In this document: positions 52,601-64,000 of the stretch, piece by piece | Layout of the letters: each line of letters starts with the position of its first letter | How positions within the stretch are numbered: the stretch's first letter is position 1 | Source: Eledone cirrhosa | Lineage: Eukaryota | Direction of reading: 5' to 3' | Length of the DNA stretch: 64,000 nt | NCBI GenBank assembly: GCA_964016885.1 | Contig: OZ024740.1 | Span: 15,314,001-15,378,000, forward strand | Notes under the pieces: model-generated | What the model was told of the DNA's origin: nothing | What the model saw: the letters and a program-made list of their open reading frames with translations, nothing else | Databases searched by the model: none | Position numbers and translations under genes: made by a program

Positions 52601-55600
52601 GTGTACAGTCTGTCACCTAGCGGTACACAGCTGAAACACAGCTCTGACCTAGGTATAGAGTCTGTCACCTAGCGGTACACAGCCAAAACACAGCTCTGCC
52701 CTAGGTGCACAGTCTGTCACCTAGCGGTACACAGCCGAAACAAAGCTTTGACCTAGGTATAGAGTTTGTCACCTAGCGGTACACAGCCGAAACACAGCTC
52801 TGACTTAGGTGTACAGTCTGTCACCTAGCGGTACACAACCGAAACACAGCTCCGGCCTAGGTATAGAGTCTGTCACCTAGCGGTAGAAAGCTGAAACACA
52901 GCTCTGACCTACGTCTAGAGTCTGTCACCTAGCGGTACACAGCCAAAACACAGCTCTGACCTAGGTGTATAGTCTATCACCTAGCGGTACGCAAACAAAG
53001 CACCGCTCTGACCTAGGTGTACAGTCTGTCACCTAGCGGTACACAGTTGAAACACATCTCTGACTTAGGTGTAGAGCCTGTCACCTAGCGGTACACAGCT
53101 GAAACACAGCTCTGATCTAGGTGTACAGTCTGTCACCTAGCGGTACACAGCCGAAACACAGCTCTGACCTAGGTATAGAGTATGTCACCTAGCGGTACAC
53201 AGTCAAAATACAGCTCTGACTTAGGTGTAGAGTCTGTCACCTAGCGGTACTCAGCCGAAACACAGCTCTGACCTAGGTATATCGTCTGTCACCTAGCGGT
53301 ACACAGCCGAAACACAGCTCTGACCTAGGTATAGAGTATGTCACCTAGCGGTACACAGCTGAAACACAGCTCTGACCTAGGTGTACAGTGTGTCACCTAG
53401 CGGTACACAGCCGAAACACAGCTCTGACCTAGGTATAGAGTATGTCACCTAGCGGTACACAGCCAAAACACAGCTCTGACCTAGGTATAGAGACTGTCAC
53501 CTAGCGGTACACAGCCAAAACACAGCTCTGACCTAGGTATAGAGTCTGTCACCTAACGGTACACAGTCGAAACACAGCTCTGACCTAGGTGTACAGTCTG
53601 TCACCTAACGGTACACAGTTGAAACACAGCTCTGACTTAGGTGTTGAGCCTGTCACCTAGCGGTACACAGTTGAAACACAGCTCTGACCTAGGTGTACAG
53701 TCTGTCACCTGGCGGTACACAACCAAAACACAGCTCTGACCAAGGTATAGAGTCTGTCACTTAGCGGTACACAGCCAAAACACAGCTCTGACTAAGGTAT
53801 ACAGTCTGTCACCTAGCGGTACACAACCAAAACACAGCTCTGACATAGGTGTACAGTCTGTCACCTAGCGGTACACAGCCGAAACACAGCTCTGACCTAG
53901 GTATAGAGTCTGTCACCTAGCGGTACACAGCCAAAACACAGCTCTGACCTAGGTATAGCGTCTGTCACCTAGCGGTACACAGCCGAAACAAAGCTCAGAC
54001 CTAGGTGTACAGTCTGTCACCTAGCGGTACACAACCAAAGCACAGCTCTGACCTAGGTGTACAGTCTGTCACCTAGCGGTACACAGCCGAAACACAGCTC
54101 TGACCTAGGTATAGAGTATGTCACCTAGCGGTACACAGCTGAAACACAGCTCTGATCTAGGTGTACAGTCTGTCACCTAGCGGTACACAGCCGAAACACA
54201 GCTCTGACCTAGGTATAGAGTATGTCACCTAGCGGTACACAGCCAAAACACAGCTCTGACCTAGGTATAGAGACTGTCACCTAGCGGTACACAGCCAAAC
54301 ACAGCTCTGACCTAGGTATAGAGTCTGTCACCTAGCGGTACACAGTCGAAACACAGCTCTGACCTAGGTGTACAGTCTGTCACCTAACGGTACACAGTTG
54401 AAACACAGCTCTGACTTAGGTGTTGAGCCTGTCACCTAGCGGTACACAGCTGAAACACAGCTCTGACCTAGGTGTACAGTCTGTCACCTAGCGGTACACA
54501 ACCAAAACACAGCTCTGACCAAGGTATAGAGTCTGTCACTTAGCGGTACACAGCCAAAACACAGCTCTGACTAAGGTATACAGTCTATCACCTAGCGGTA
54601 CACAGCCAAAACATAGCTCTGACCTAGGTGTACAGTCTGTCACCTAGCGGTACACAGCCGACCACACAGTTCTGACCTAGGTATAGAGTCTGTCACCTAG
54701 CGGTACACAGCCAAAACACAGCTCTGCCCTAGGTGTACAGTCTGTCACCTAGCGGTACACAGCCGAAACAAAGCTTTGACCTAGGTATAGAGTTTGTCAC
54801 CTAGCGGTACACAGCCGAAACACAGCTCTGACTTAGGTGTACAGTCTGTCACCTAGCGGTACACAACCGAAACACAGCTCCAGCCTAGGTATAGAGTCTG
54901 TCACCTAGCGGTACAAAGCTGAAACACAGCTCTGACCTACGTGTAGAGTCTGTCACCTAGCGGTACACAGCCAAAACACAGCTCTGACCTAGGTGTATAG
55001 TCTATCACCTAGCGGTACACAAACAAGACACCGCTCTGACCTAGGTGTACAGTCTGTCACCTAGCGGTACACAGTTGAAACACAGCTCTGACTTAGGTGT
55101 AGAGCCTGTCACCTAGCGGTACACAGCTGAAACACAGCTCTGACCTAGGTGTACAGTCTGTCACCTAGCGGTACACAGCCGAAACACAGCTCTGACCTAG
55201 GTGTACAGTATGTCACCTAGCGGTACACAGCCAAAATACAGCTCTGACTTAGGTGTAGAGTCTGTCACCTAGCGGTACTCAGCCGAAACACAGCTCTGAC
55301 CTAGGTATACCGTCTGTCACCTAGCGGTACACAGCCGAAACAAAGCTCAGACCTAGGTGTACAGTCTGTCACCTAGCGGTACACAACCAAAGCACAGCTC
55401 TGACCTAGGTGTACAGTCTGTCACCTAGCGGTACACAGCCGAAACACAGCTCTGACCTAGGTATAGAGTCTGTCACCTAGCGGTACACAGTTGAAACACA
55501 GCTCTGACTTAGGTGTAGAGCCTGTCACCTAGCGGTACACAGCTGAAACACAGCTCTGACCTAGGTGTACAGTCTGTCACCTAGCGGTACACAACCAAAG

Positions 55601-58600
55601 CACAGCTTTGACCTAGGTGTACAGTGTGTCACCTAGCGGTACACAGCCGAAACACAGCTCTGACCTAGGTTTAGAGTATGTCACCTAGCGGTACACAGCC
55701 AAAACACAGCTCTGACCTAGGTATAGAGACTGTCACCTAGCGGTACACAGCCAAAACACAGCTCTGACCTAGGTATAGAGTCTGTCACCTAGCGGTACAC
55801 AGTCGAAACACAGCTCTGACCTAGGTGTACAGTCTGTCACCTAACGGTACACAGTTGAAAGATAGCTCTGACTTAGGTGTTGAGCCTGTCACCTAGCGGT
55901 ACACAGCTGAAACACAGCTCTGACCTAGGTGTACAGTCTGTCACCTAGCGGTACACGACCAAAACACAGCTCTGACATAGGTGTACAGTCTGTCACCTAG
56001 CGGTACACAGCCGAAACACAGCTCTGACCTAGGTATAGAGTCTGTCACCTAGCGGTACACAGCCAAAACACAGCTCTGACCTAGGTGTACAGTCTGTCAC
56101 CTAGCGGTACACAGCCGAAACACAGCTCTGACCTAGGTATAGAGTCTGTCACCTAGCGGTACACAGCCGAAACACAGCTCTGACCTAGGTATAGAGTCTG
56201 TCACCTAGCGGTACACAGCTGAAACACAGCTCTGACCTGGGTATAGAGTTTGTCACCTAGCGGTACACAACCGAAATACAGCTCTTACCTAGGTATAGAG
56301 TCTGTCACCTAGCGGTACACAGCCGAAACACAGCTCTGACCTAGGTGTACAGTCTGTCACCTAGCGGTACACAGCCAAAACACAGCTCTGACCTAGGCAT
56401 AGAGTTTGTCACCTAGCGGTACACAACCGAAACACAACTCTTACCTAGGTATAGAGTCTGTCACCTAGCGGTACACAGCCGAAACACAGCTCTGACCTAG
56501 GTATAGAGTCTGTCACCTAGCGGTACACAGCCAAAACACAGCTCTGACCTAGGTGTACAGTGTGTCACCTAGCGGTACACAGCCAAAACACAGCTCTGAC
56601 CTAGGTGTACAGTCTGTCACCTAGCGGTACACAGCCAAAACACAGCTCTGACCTAGGCATAGAGTCTGTCACCTAGCGGTACACAGCTGAAACACAGCTC
56701 TGACCTGGGTATAGAGTTTGTCACCTAGCGGTACACAACCGAAACACAGCTCTTACCTAGGTATAGACTCTGTCACCTAGCGGTACACAGCCGAAACACA
56801 GCTCTGACCTAGGTATAGAGTCTGTCACCTAGCGGTACACAGCTAAAACACAGCTCTGACCTAGGTATAGAGTCTGTCACATAGCGGTACACAACCGAAA
56901 TACCGCTCTGACCTAGGTGTAGAGTCTGTCACCTAGCGGTACACAGCTGAATCACAGCTCTGACCTAGGTATAGAGTATGTCACCTAGCGGTACACAGCC
57001 AAAACACAGCTCTGACCTAGGTATAGAGACTGTCACCTAGCGGTACACAGCCAAAACACAGCTCTGACTTAGGTATAGAGTCTGTCACCTAGCGGTACAC
57101 AGCTGAAATACAGCTCTGACCTAGGTATAGAGTCTATCACCTAGCGGTAGACAGCTGAAACACAGCTCTGACATAGGTATAGAGTCTGTCACCTAGCGGT
57201 ACACAGCTGAAACACAGCTCTGACATAGTTATAGAGTCTGTCACCTAGCGGTACACAGCTGAAACACAGCTCTGACATAGGTATAGAGTCTGTCACCTAG
57301 CGGTACACAGCACAAACACAGCTCTGACCTAGGTGTACAGACTCTCACCTAGCGGTACACAGCCAAATCACAGCTGTGACCTAGGTGTAGAGTCTGTCAC
57401 CTTGCGGTACACAGCCGAAACACAGCTCTGACCTAGGTATAGAGTCTGTCACCTACAGGTACACAGCCAAAACACAGCTCTGACTTAGGTATAGAGTATG
57501 TCACCTAGCGGTACACAGCTGAAACACAGCTCTGACCTAGGTGTACAGTCTGTCACCTAGCGGTACACAGCCAAAACTCAGCTCTGACTCAGGTGTTGAG
57601 TCTGTTACCTAGCGGTACACAGCTGAAACACAGCTCTGACCTAGGCGTAGAGTCTGTCACCTAGCGGTACACAACCAAAACACAGCTCTGACCTAGGCAT
57701 AGAGTCTGTCACCTAGCGGTACACAGCCAAAACACAGCTCTGACCTAGGTATAGAGTCTGTCACGTAGCGGTACACAGCCGAAACAAAGCTCAGACCTAG
57801 GTGTACAATCTGTCACCTAGCGGTACACAACCAAAACACAGCTCTGACCTAGGTGTACAGTCTGTCACCTAGCGGTACACAGCCAAAGCACACCTCTTAC
57901 CTAGGTATAGAGTCTGTCACCTAGCAGTACACAGCCGAAACAAAGCTCTGACCTAGGTATAGAGTCTGTCACCTAGCGGTACACAACCGAAACACAGCTC
58001 TGACCTAGGTATAGAGTCTGTCCTCTAGCGGTACACAGCTGAAACACAGCTCTGACATAGGTATAGAGTCTGTCACCTAGCGCTACACAGCTGAAACATA
58101 GCTCTGACCTAGGTGTACAGTCTGTCACCTAGCGGTACACAGCTGAAACACAGCTCTGACATAGGTATAGAGTCTGTCACCTAGCGGTACACAGCAAAAA
58201 CACTGCTCAGACCTAGGTGTACAGACTCTCACCTAGTGGTACACAGCCAAAATACAGCTCTGACTCAGGTGTAGAGTCTGTCACCTAGCGGTACACAGCC
58301 GAAACACAGCTCTGACCTAGGTGTAGAGTCTGTCAACTAGCGGTACACAGCCAAAACACAGCTGTGACCTAGGCATAGAGTCTGTCACCTAGCGGTACAC
58401 AGCTGAAACACAGCTCTGACCTAGTTGTACAGACTCTCACCTAGCGGTACACAGCCAAAACACAACTCTGACCTAGGTGTAGAGTCTATCACCTAGCGGT
58501 ACACAGCCAAAACACAGCGCTGACTTAGGTATAGAGTATGTCACCTAGCGGTACACAGCCGAAACAAAGCTCAGACCTAGGTGTACAGTCTGTCACCTAG

Positions 58601-61600
58601 CGGTACACAACCAAAGCACAGCTTTGACCTAGGTGTGCAGTCTGTCACCTAGCGGTACACAGCCGAAACACAGCTCTGACCTAGGTATAGAGTATGTCAC
58701 CTAGCGGTACACAGCTGAAACACAGCTCTGACCTAGGTGTACAGTCTGTCACCTAGCGGTACACAGCCGAAACACAGCTCTGACCTAGGTATAGAGTATG
58801 TCACCTAGCGGTACACAGCCAAAACACAGCTCTGACCTAGGTATAGAGACTGTCACCTAGCGGTACACAGCCAAAACACAGCTCTGACCTAGGTATAGAG
58901 TCTGTCACCTAGCGGTACACAGTCGAAACACAGCTCTGACCTAGGTGTACAGTCTGTCACCTAAAGGTACACAGTTGAAACACAGCTCTGACTTAGGTGT
59001 TGAGCCTGTCACCTAGCGGTACACAGCTGAAACACAGCTCTGACCTAGGTGTACAGTCTGTCACCTAGCGGTACACAACCAAAACACAGCTCTGACCAAG
59101 GTATAGAGTCTGTCACTTAGCGGTACACAGCCAAAACACAGCTCTGACTAAGGTATACAGTCTGTCACCTAGCGGTACACAACCAAAACACAGCTCTGAC
59201 ATAGGTGTACAGTCTGTCACCTAGCGGTACACAGCCGAAACACAGCTCTGACCTAGGTATAGAGTCTATTACCTAGCGGTACACAGCCAAAACACAGCTC
59301 TGCCCTAGGTGTACAGTCTGTCACCTAGCGGTACACAGCCGAAACAAAGCTTTGACCTAGGTATAGAGTTTGTCACCTAGCGGTACACAGCCGAAACACA
59401 GCTCTGACTTAGGTGTACAGTCTGTCACCTAGCGGTACACAACCGAAACACAGCTCCGGCCTAGGTATAGAGTCTGTCACCTAGCGGTACAAAGCTGAAA
59501 CACAGCTCTGACCTACGTGTAGAGTCTGTCACCTAGCGGTACACAGCCAAAACACAGCTCTGACCTAGGTGTATAGTCTATCACCTAGCGGTACACAAAC
59601 AAGACACCGCTCTGACCTAGGTGTACAGTCTGTCACCTAGCGGTACACAGTTGAAACACAGCTCTGACTTAGGTGTAGAGCCTGTCACCTAGCGGTACAC
59701 AGCTGAAACACAGCTCTGACCTAGGTGTACAGTCTGTCACCTAGCGGTACAAAGCCGAAACACAGCTCTGACCTAGGTATAGAGTATGTCACCTAGCGGT
59801 ACACAGCCAAAATACAGCTCTGACTTAGGTGTAGAGTCTGTCACCTAGCGGTACTCAGCCGAAACACAGCTCTGACCTAGGTATACCGTCTGTCACCTAG
59901 CGGTACACAGCCGAAACAAAGCTCAGACCTAGGTGTACAGTCTGTCACCTAGCGGTACACAACCAAAGCACAGCTCTGACCTAGGTGTACAGTCTGTCAC
60001 CTAGCGGTACACAGCCAAAACACAGCTCTTACCTAGGTATAGAGTCTGTCACCTAGCGGTACACAGCCGAAACACAGCTCTGACCTAGGTATAGAGTCTG
60101 TCACCTAGCGGTACACAGTTGAAACACAGCTCTGACTTAGGTGTAGAGCCTGTCACCTAGAGGTACACAGCTGAAACACAGCTCTGACCTAGGTGTACAG
60201 TCTGTCACCTAGCGGTACACAGCCGAAACACAGCTCTGACCTAGGTATAGAGTATGTCACCTTGCGGTACACAGCCAAAATACAGCTCTGACTTAGGTGT
60301 AGAGTCTGTCACCTAGCGGTACACAACCGAAACAAAGCTCAGACATAGGTGTACAGTCTGTCACCTAGCGGTACACGACCAAAGCACAGCTTTGACCTAG
60401 GTGTACAGTCTGTCACCTAGCGGTACACAGCCGAAACACAGCTCTGACCTAGGTATAGAGTATGTCACCTAGCGGTACACAGCTGAAACACAGCTCTGAC
60501 CTAGGTGTACAGTCTGTCACCTAGCGGTACACAGCCGAAACACAGCTCTGACCTAGGTATAGAGTATGTCACCTAGCGGTACACAGCCAAAACACAGCTC
60601 TGACCTAGGTATAGAGACTGTCACCTAGCGGTACACAGCCAAAACACAGCTCTGACCTAGGTATAGAGTCTGTCACCTAGCGGTACACAGTCGAAACACA
60701 GCTCTGACCTAGGTGTACAGTCTGTCACCTAACGGTACACAGTTGAAACACAGCTCTGACTTAGGTGTTGAGCCTGTCACCTAGCGGTACACAGCTGAAA
60801 CACAGCTCTGACCTAGGTGTACAGTCTGTCACCTAGCGGTACACAACCAAAACACAGCTCTGACCTAGGTATAGAGTCTGTCACCTAGCGGTACACAGCC
60901 GAAACACAGCTCTGACCTAGGTATAGAGTCTGTCACCTAGCGGTACACAGCCGAAACACAGCTCTGACCTAGGTATAGAGTCTGTCACCTAGCGGTACAC
61001 AGCCGAAACACAGCTCTGACCTAGGTATAGAGTCTGTCACCTAGCGGTACACAGCTGAAACACACCTCTGACCTGGGTATAGAGTTTGTCACCTAGCGGT
61101 ACACAACCGAAATACAGCTCTTACCTAGGTATAGATTCTGTCACCTAGCGGTACACAGCCGAAACACAGCTCTGACCTAGGTGTACAGTCTGTCACCTAG
61201 CGGTACACAGCCAAAACACAGCTCTGACCTAGGTGTACAGTCTGTCACCTAGCGGTACACAGCCAAAACACAGCTCTGACCTAGGCATAGAGTCTGTCAC
61301 CTAGCGGTACACAGCTGAAACACAGCTCTGACCTGGGTATAGAGTTTGTCACCTAGCGGTACACAGCTGAAACACAGCTCTGACCTAGGTATAGAGTCTG
61401 TCACCTAGCGGTACACAGCCAAAACACAGCTCTGTCCTAGGTATAGAGTCTGTCACCTAGCGGTACACAGCCAAAACACAGCTCTGACCTAGGTATAGAG
61501 TATGTCACCTAGCGGTACACAACCGAAACACAGCTCTGACCTAGGTATAGAGTCTGTCACCTAGCGGTACACAGCAGAAACACAGCTCTGACCTAGGTAT

Positions 61601-64000
61601 AGAGTCTGTCACCTAGCGGTACACAGCCAAAACACAGCTCTGACCTAGGTGTAGAGTCTATCACCTAGCGGTACACAACCGAAACACAGCTCTGACCTAG
61701 GTATAGAGTCTATCACCTAGCGGTAGACAGCTGAAACACAGCTCTGGCATAGGTATAGAGTCTGTCACCTAGCGCTACACAGCTGAAACATAGCTCTGAC
61801 CTAGGTGTACAGTCTGTCACCTAGCGGTACACAGCTGAAACACAGCTCTGACATAGGTATAGAGTCTGTCACCTAGCGGTACACAGCAAAAACACTGCTC
61901 TGACCTAGGTGTACAGACTCTCACCTAGTGGTACACAGCCAAAATACAGCTCTGACTCAGGTGTAGAGTCTGTCACCTAGCGGTACACAGCCGAAACACA
62001 GCTCTGACCTAGGTGTAGAGTCTGTCAACTAGCGGTACACAGCCAAAACACAGCTGTGACCTAGGCATAGAGTCTGTCACCTAGCGGTACACAGCTGAAA
62101 CACAGCTCTGACCTAGTTGTACAGACTCTCACCTAGCGGTACACAGCCAAAACACAACTCTGACCTAGGTGTAGAGTCTATCACCTAGCGGTACACAGCC
62201 AAAACACAGCGCTGACTTAGGTATAGAGTATGTCACCTAGCGGTACACAGCCGAAACAAAGCTCAGACCTAGGTGTACAGTCTGTCACCTAGCGGTACAC
62301 AACCAAAGCACAGCTTTGACCTAGGTGTGCAGTCTGTCACCTAGCGGTACACAGCCGAAACACAGCTCTGACCTAGGTATAGAGTATGTCACCTAGCGGT
62401 ACACAGCTGAAACACAGCTCTGACCTAGGTGTACAGTCTGTCACCTAGCGGTACACAGCCGAAACACAGCTCTGACCTAGGTATAGAGTATGTCACCTAG
62501 CGGTACACAGCCAAAACACAGCTCTGACCTAGGTATAGAGACTGTCACCTAGCGGTACACAGCCAAAACACAGCTCTGACCTAGGTATAGAGTCTGTCAC
62601 CTAGCGGTACACAGTCGAAACACAGCTCTGACCTAGGTGTACAGTCTGTCACCTAAAGGTACACAGTTGAAACACAGCTCTGACTTAGGTGTTGAGCCTG
62701 TCACCTAGCGGTACACAGCTGAAACACAGCTCTGACCTAGGTGTACAGTCTGTCACCTAGCGGTACACAACCAAAACACAGCTCTGACCAAGGTATAGAG
62801 TCTGTCACTTAGCGGTACACAGCCAAAACACAGCTCTGACTAAGGTATACAGTCTGTCACCTAGCGGTACACAACCAAAACACAGCTCTGACATAGGTGT
62901 ACAGTCTGTCACCTAGCGGTACACAGCCGAAACACAGCTCTGACCTAGGTATAGAGTCTATCACCTAGCAGTACACAGCCAAAACATAGCTCTGACCTAG
63001 GTGTACAGTCTGTCACCTAGCGGTACACAGCCGACCACACAGTTCTGACCTAGGTATAGAGTCTATTACCTAGCGGTACACAGCCAAAACACAGCTCTGC
63101 CCTAGGTGTACAGTCTGTCACCTAGCGGTACACAGCCGAAACAAAGCTTTGACCTAGGTATAGAGTTTGTCACCTAGCGGTACACAGCCGAAACACAGCT
63201 CTGACTTAGGTGTACAGTCTGTCACCTAGCGGTACACAACCGAAACACAGCTCCGGCCTAGGTATAGAGTCTGTCACCTAGCGGTACAAAGCTGAAACAC
63301 AGCTCTGACCTACGTGTAGAGTCTGTCACCTAGCGGTACACAGCCAAAACACAGCTCTGACCTAGGTGTATAGTCTATCACCTAGCGGTACACAAACAAG
63401 ACACCGCTCTGACCTAGGTGTACAGTCTGTCACCTAGCGGTACACAGTTGAAACACAGCTCTGACTTAGGTGTAGAGCCTGTCACCTAGCGGTACACAGC
63501 TGAAACACAGCTCTGACCTAGGTGTACAGTCTGTCACCTAGCGGTACAAAGCCGAAACACAGCTCTGACCTAGGTATAGAGTATGTCACCTAGCGGTACA
63601 CAGCCAAAATACAGCTCTGACTTAGGTGTAGAGTCTGTCACCTAGCGGTACTCAGCCGAAACACAGCTCTGACCTAGGTATACCGTCTGTCACCTAGCGG
63701 TACACAGCCGAAACAAAGCTCAGACCTAGGTGTACAGTCTGTCACCTAGCGGTACACAACCAAAGCACAGCTCTGACCTAGGTGTACAGTCTGTCACCTA
63801 GCGGTACACAGCCAAAACACAGCTCTTACCTAGGTATAGAGTCTGTCACCTAGCGGTACACAGCCGAAACACAGCTCTGACCTAGGTATAGAGTCTGTCA
63901 CCTAGCGGTACACAGTTGAAACACAGCTCTGACTTAGGTGTAGAGCCTGTCACCTAGCGGTACACAGCTGAAACACAGCTCTGACCTAGGTGTACAGTCT
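43620..64000. repeat. 52-bp satellite ACACAGCTCTGACCTAGGT(A/G)TA(G/C)AGTCTGTCACCTAGCGGTACACAGCC(A/G)AA, ~390 copies, runs off window
   Basis: Period 52 (e.g. 43741 and 43793). Very few indels, with recurrent ordered variants. Confidence 0.98.

Noticed and set aside
43620-64000. CRISPR-like array
   Set aside because: No unique spacers and no cas genes. It is a eukaryotic satellite.

Overview
Gene-free, repeat-saturated eukaryotic DNA. It is most likely an octopus or other cephalopod, inferred from the tRNA-derived SINE motifs and the extreme (TA)n/(CA)n density. No host protein-coding gene is supportable, and almost all listed ORFs are repeat artefacts. Real content: (1) several satellites and minisatellites, including a >20 kb 52-bp satellite with dyad symmetry and higher-order variant blocks (43.6-64 kb); (2) a near full-length, lightly mutated L1/Tx1-clade LINE (36943-42595) inside the 72-bp tandem array of a TTAA-flanked non-autonomous DNA transposon, an arrangement recalling Xenopus Tx1C; (3) two 5'-truncated Penelope-like elements (PLEs) with GIY-YIG remnants; (4) SINEs and a bipartite RTE-derived element. 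The most striking feature is about a dozen sequence-diverse type I hammerhead ribozyme (HHR) motifs between 6 and 36 kb. Most sit beside (TA)n tracts and several lie inside fold-back structures. One HHR lies in a circularly permuted ~500-nt non-coding unit, and a second permuted 620-nt unit has the same architecture but no canonical core. Together they suggest a family set of microsatellite-targeted, PLE-mobilised, retrozyme-like elements. All folds were derived by eye and need computational or experimental confirmation.
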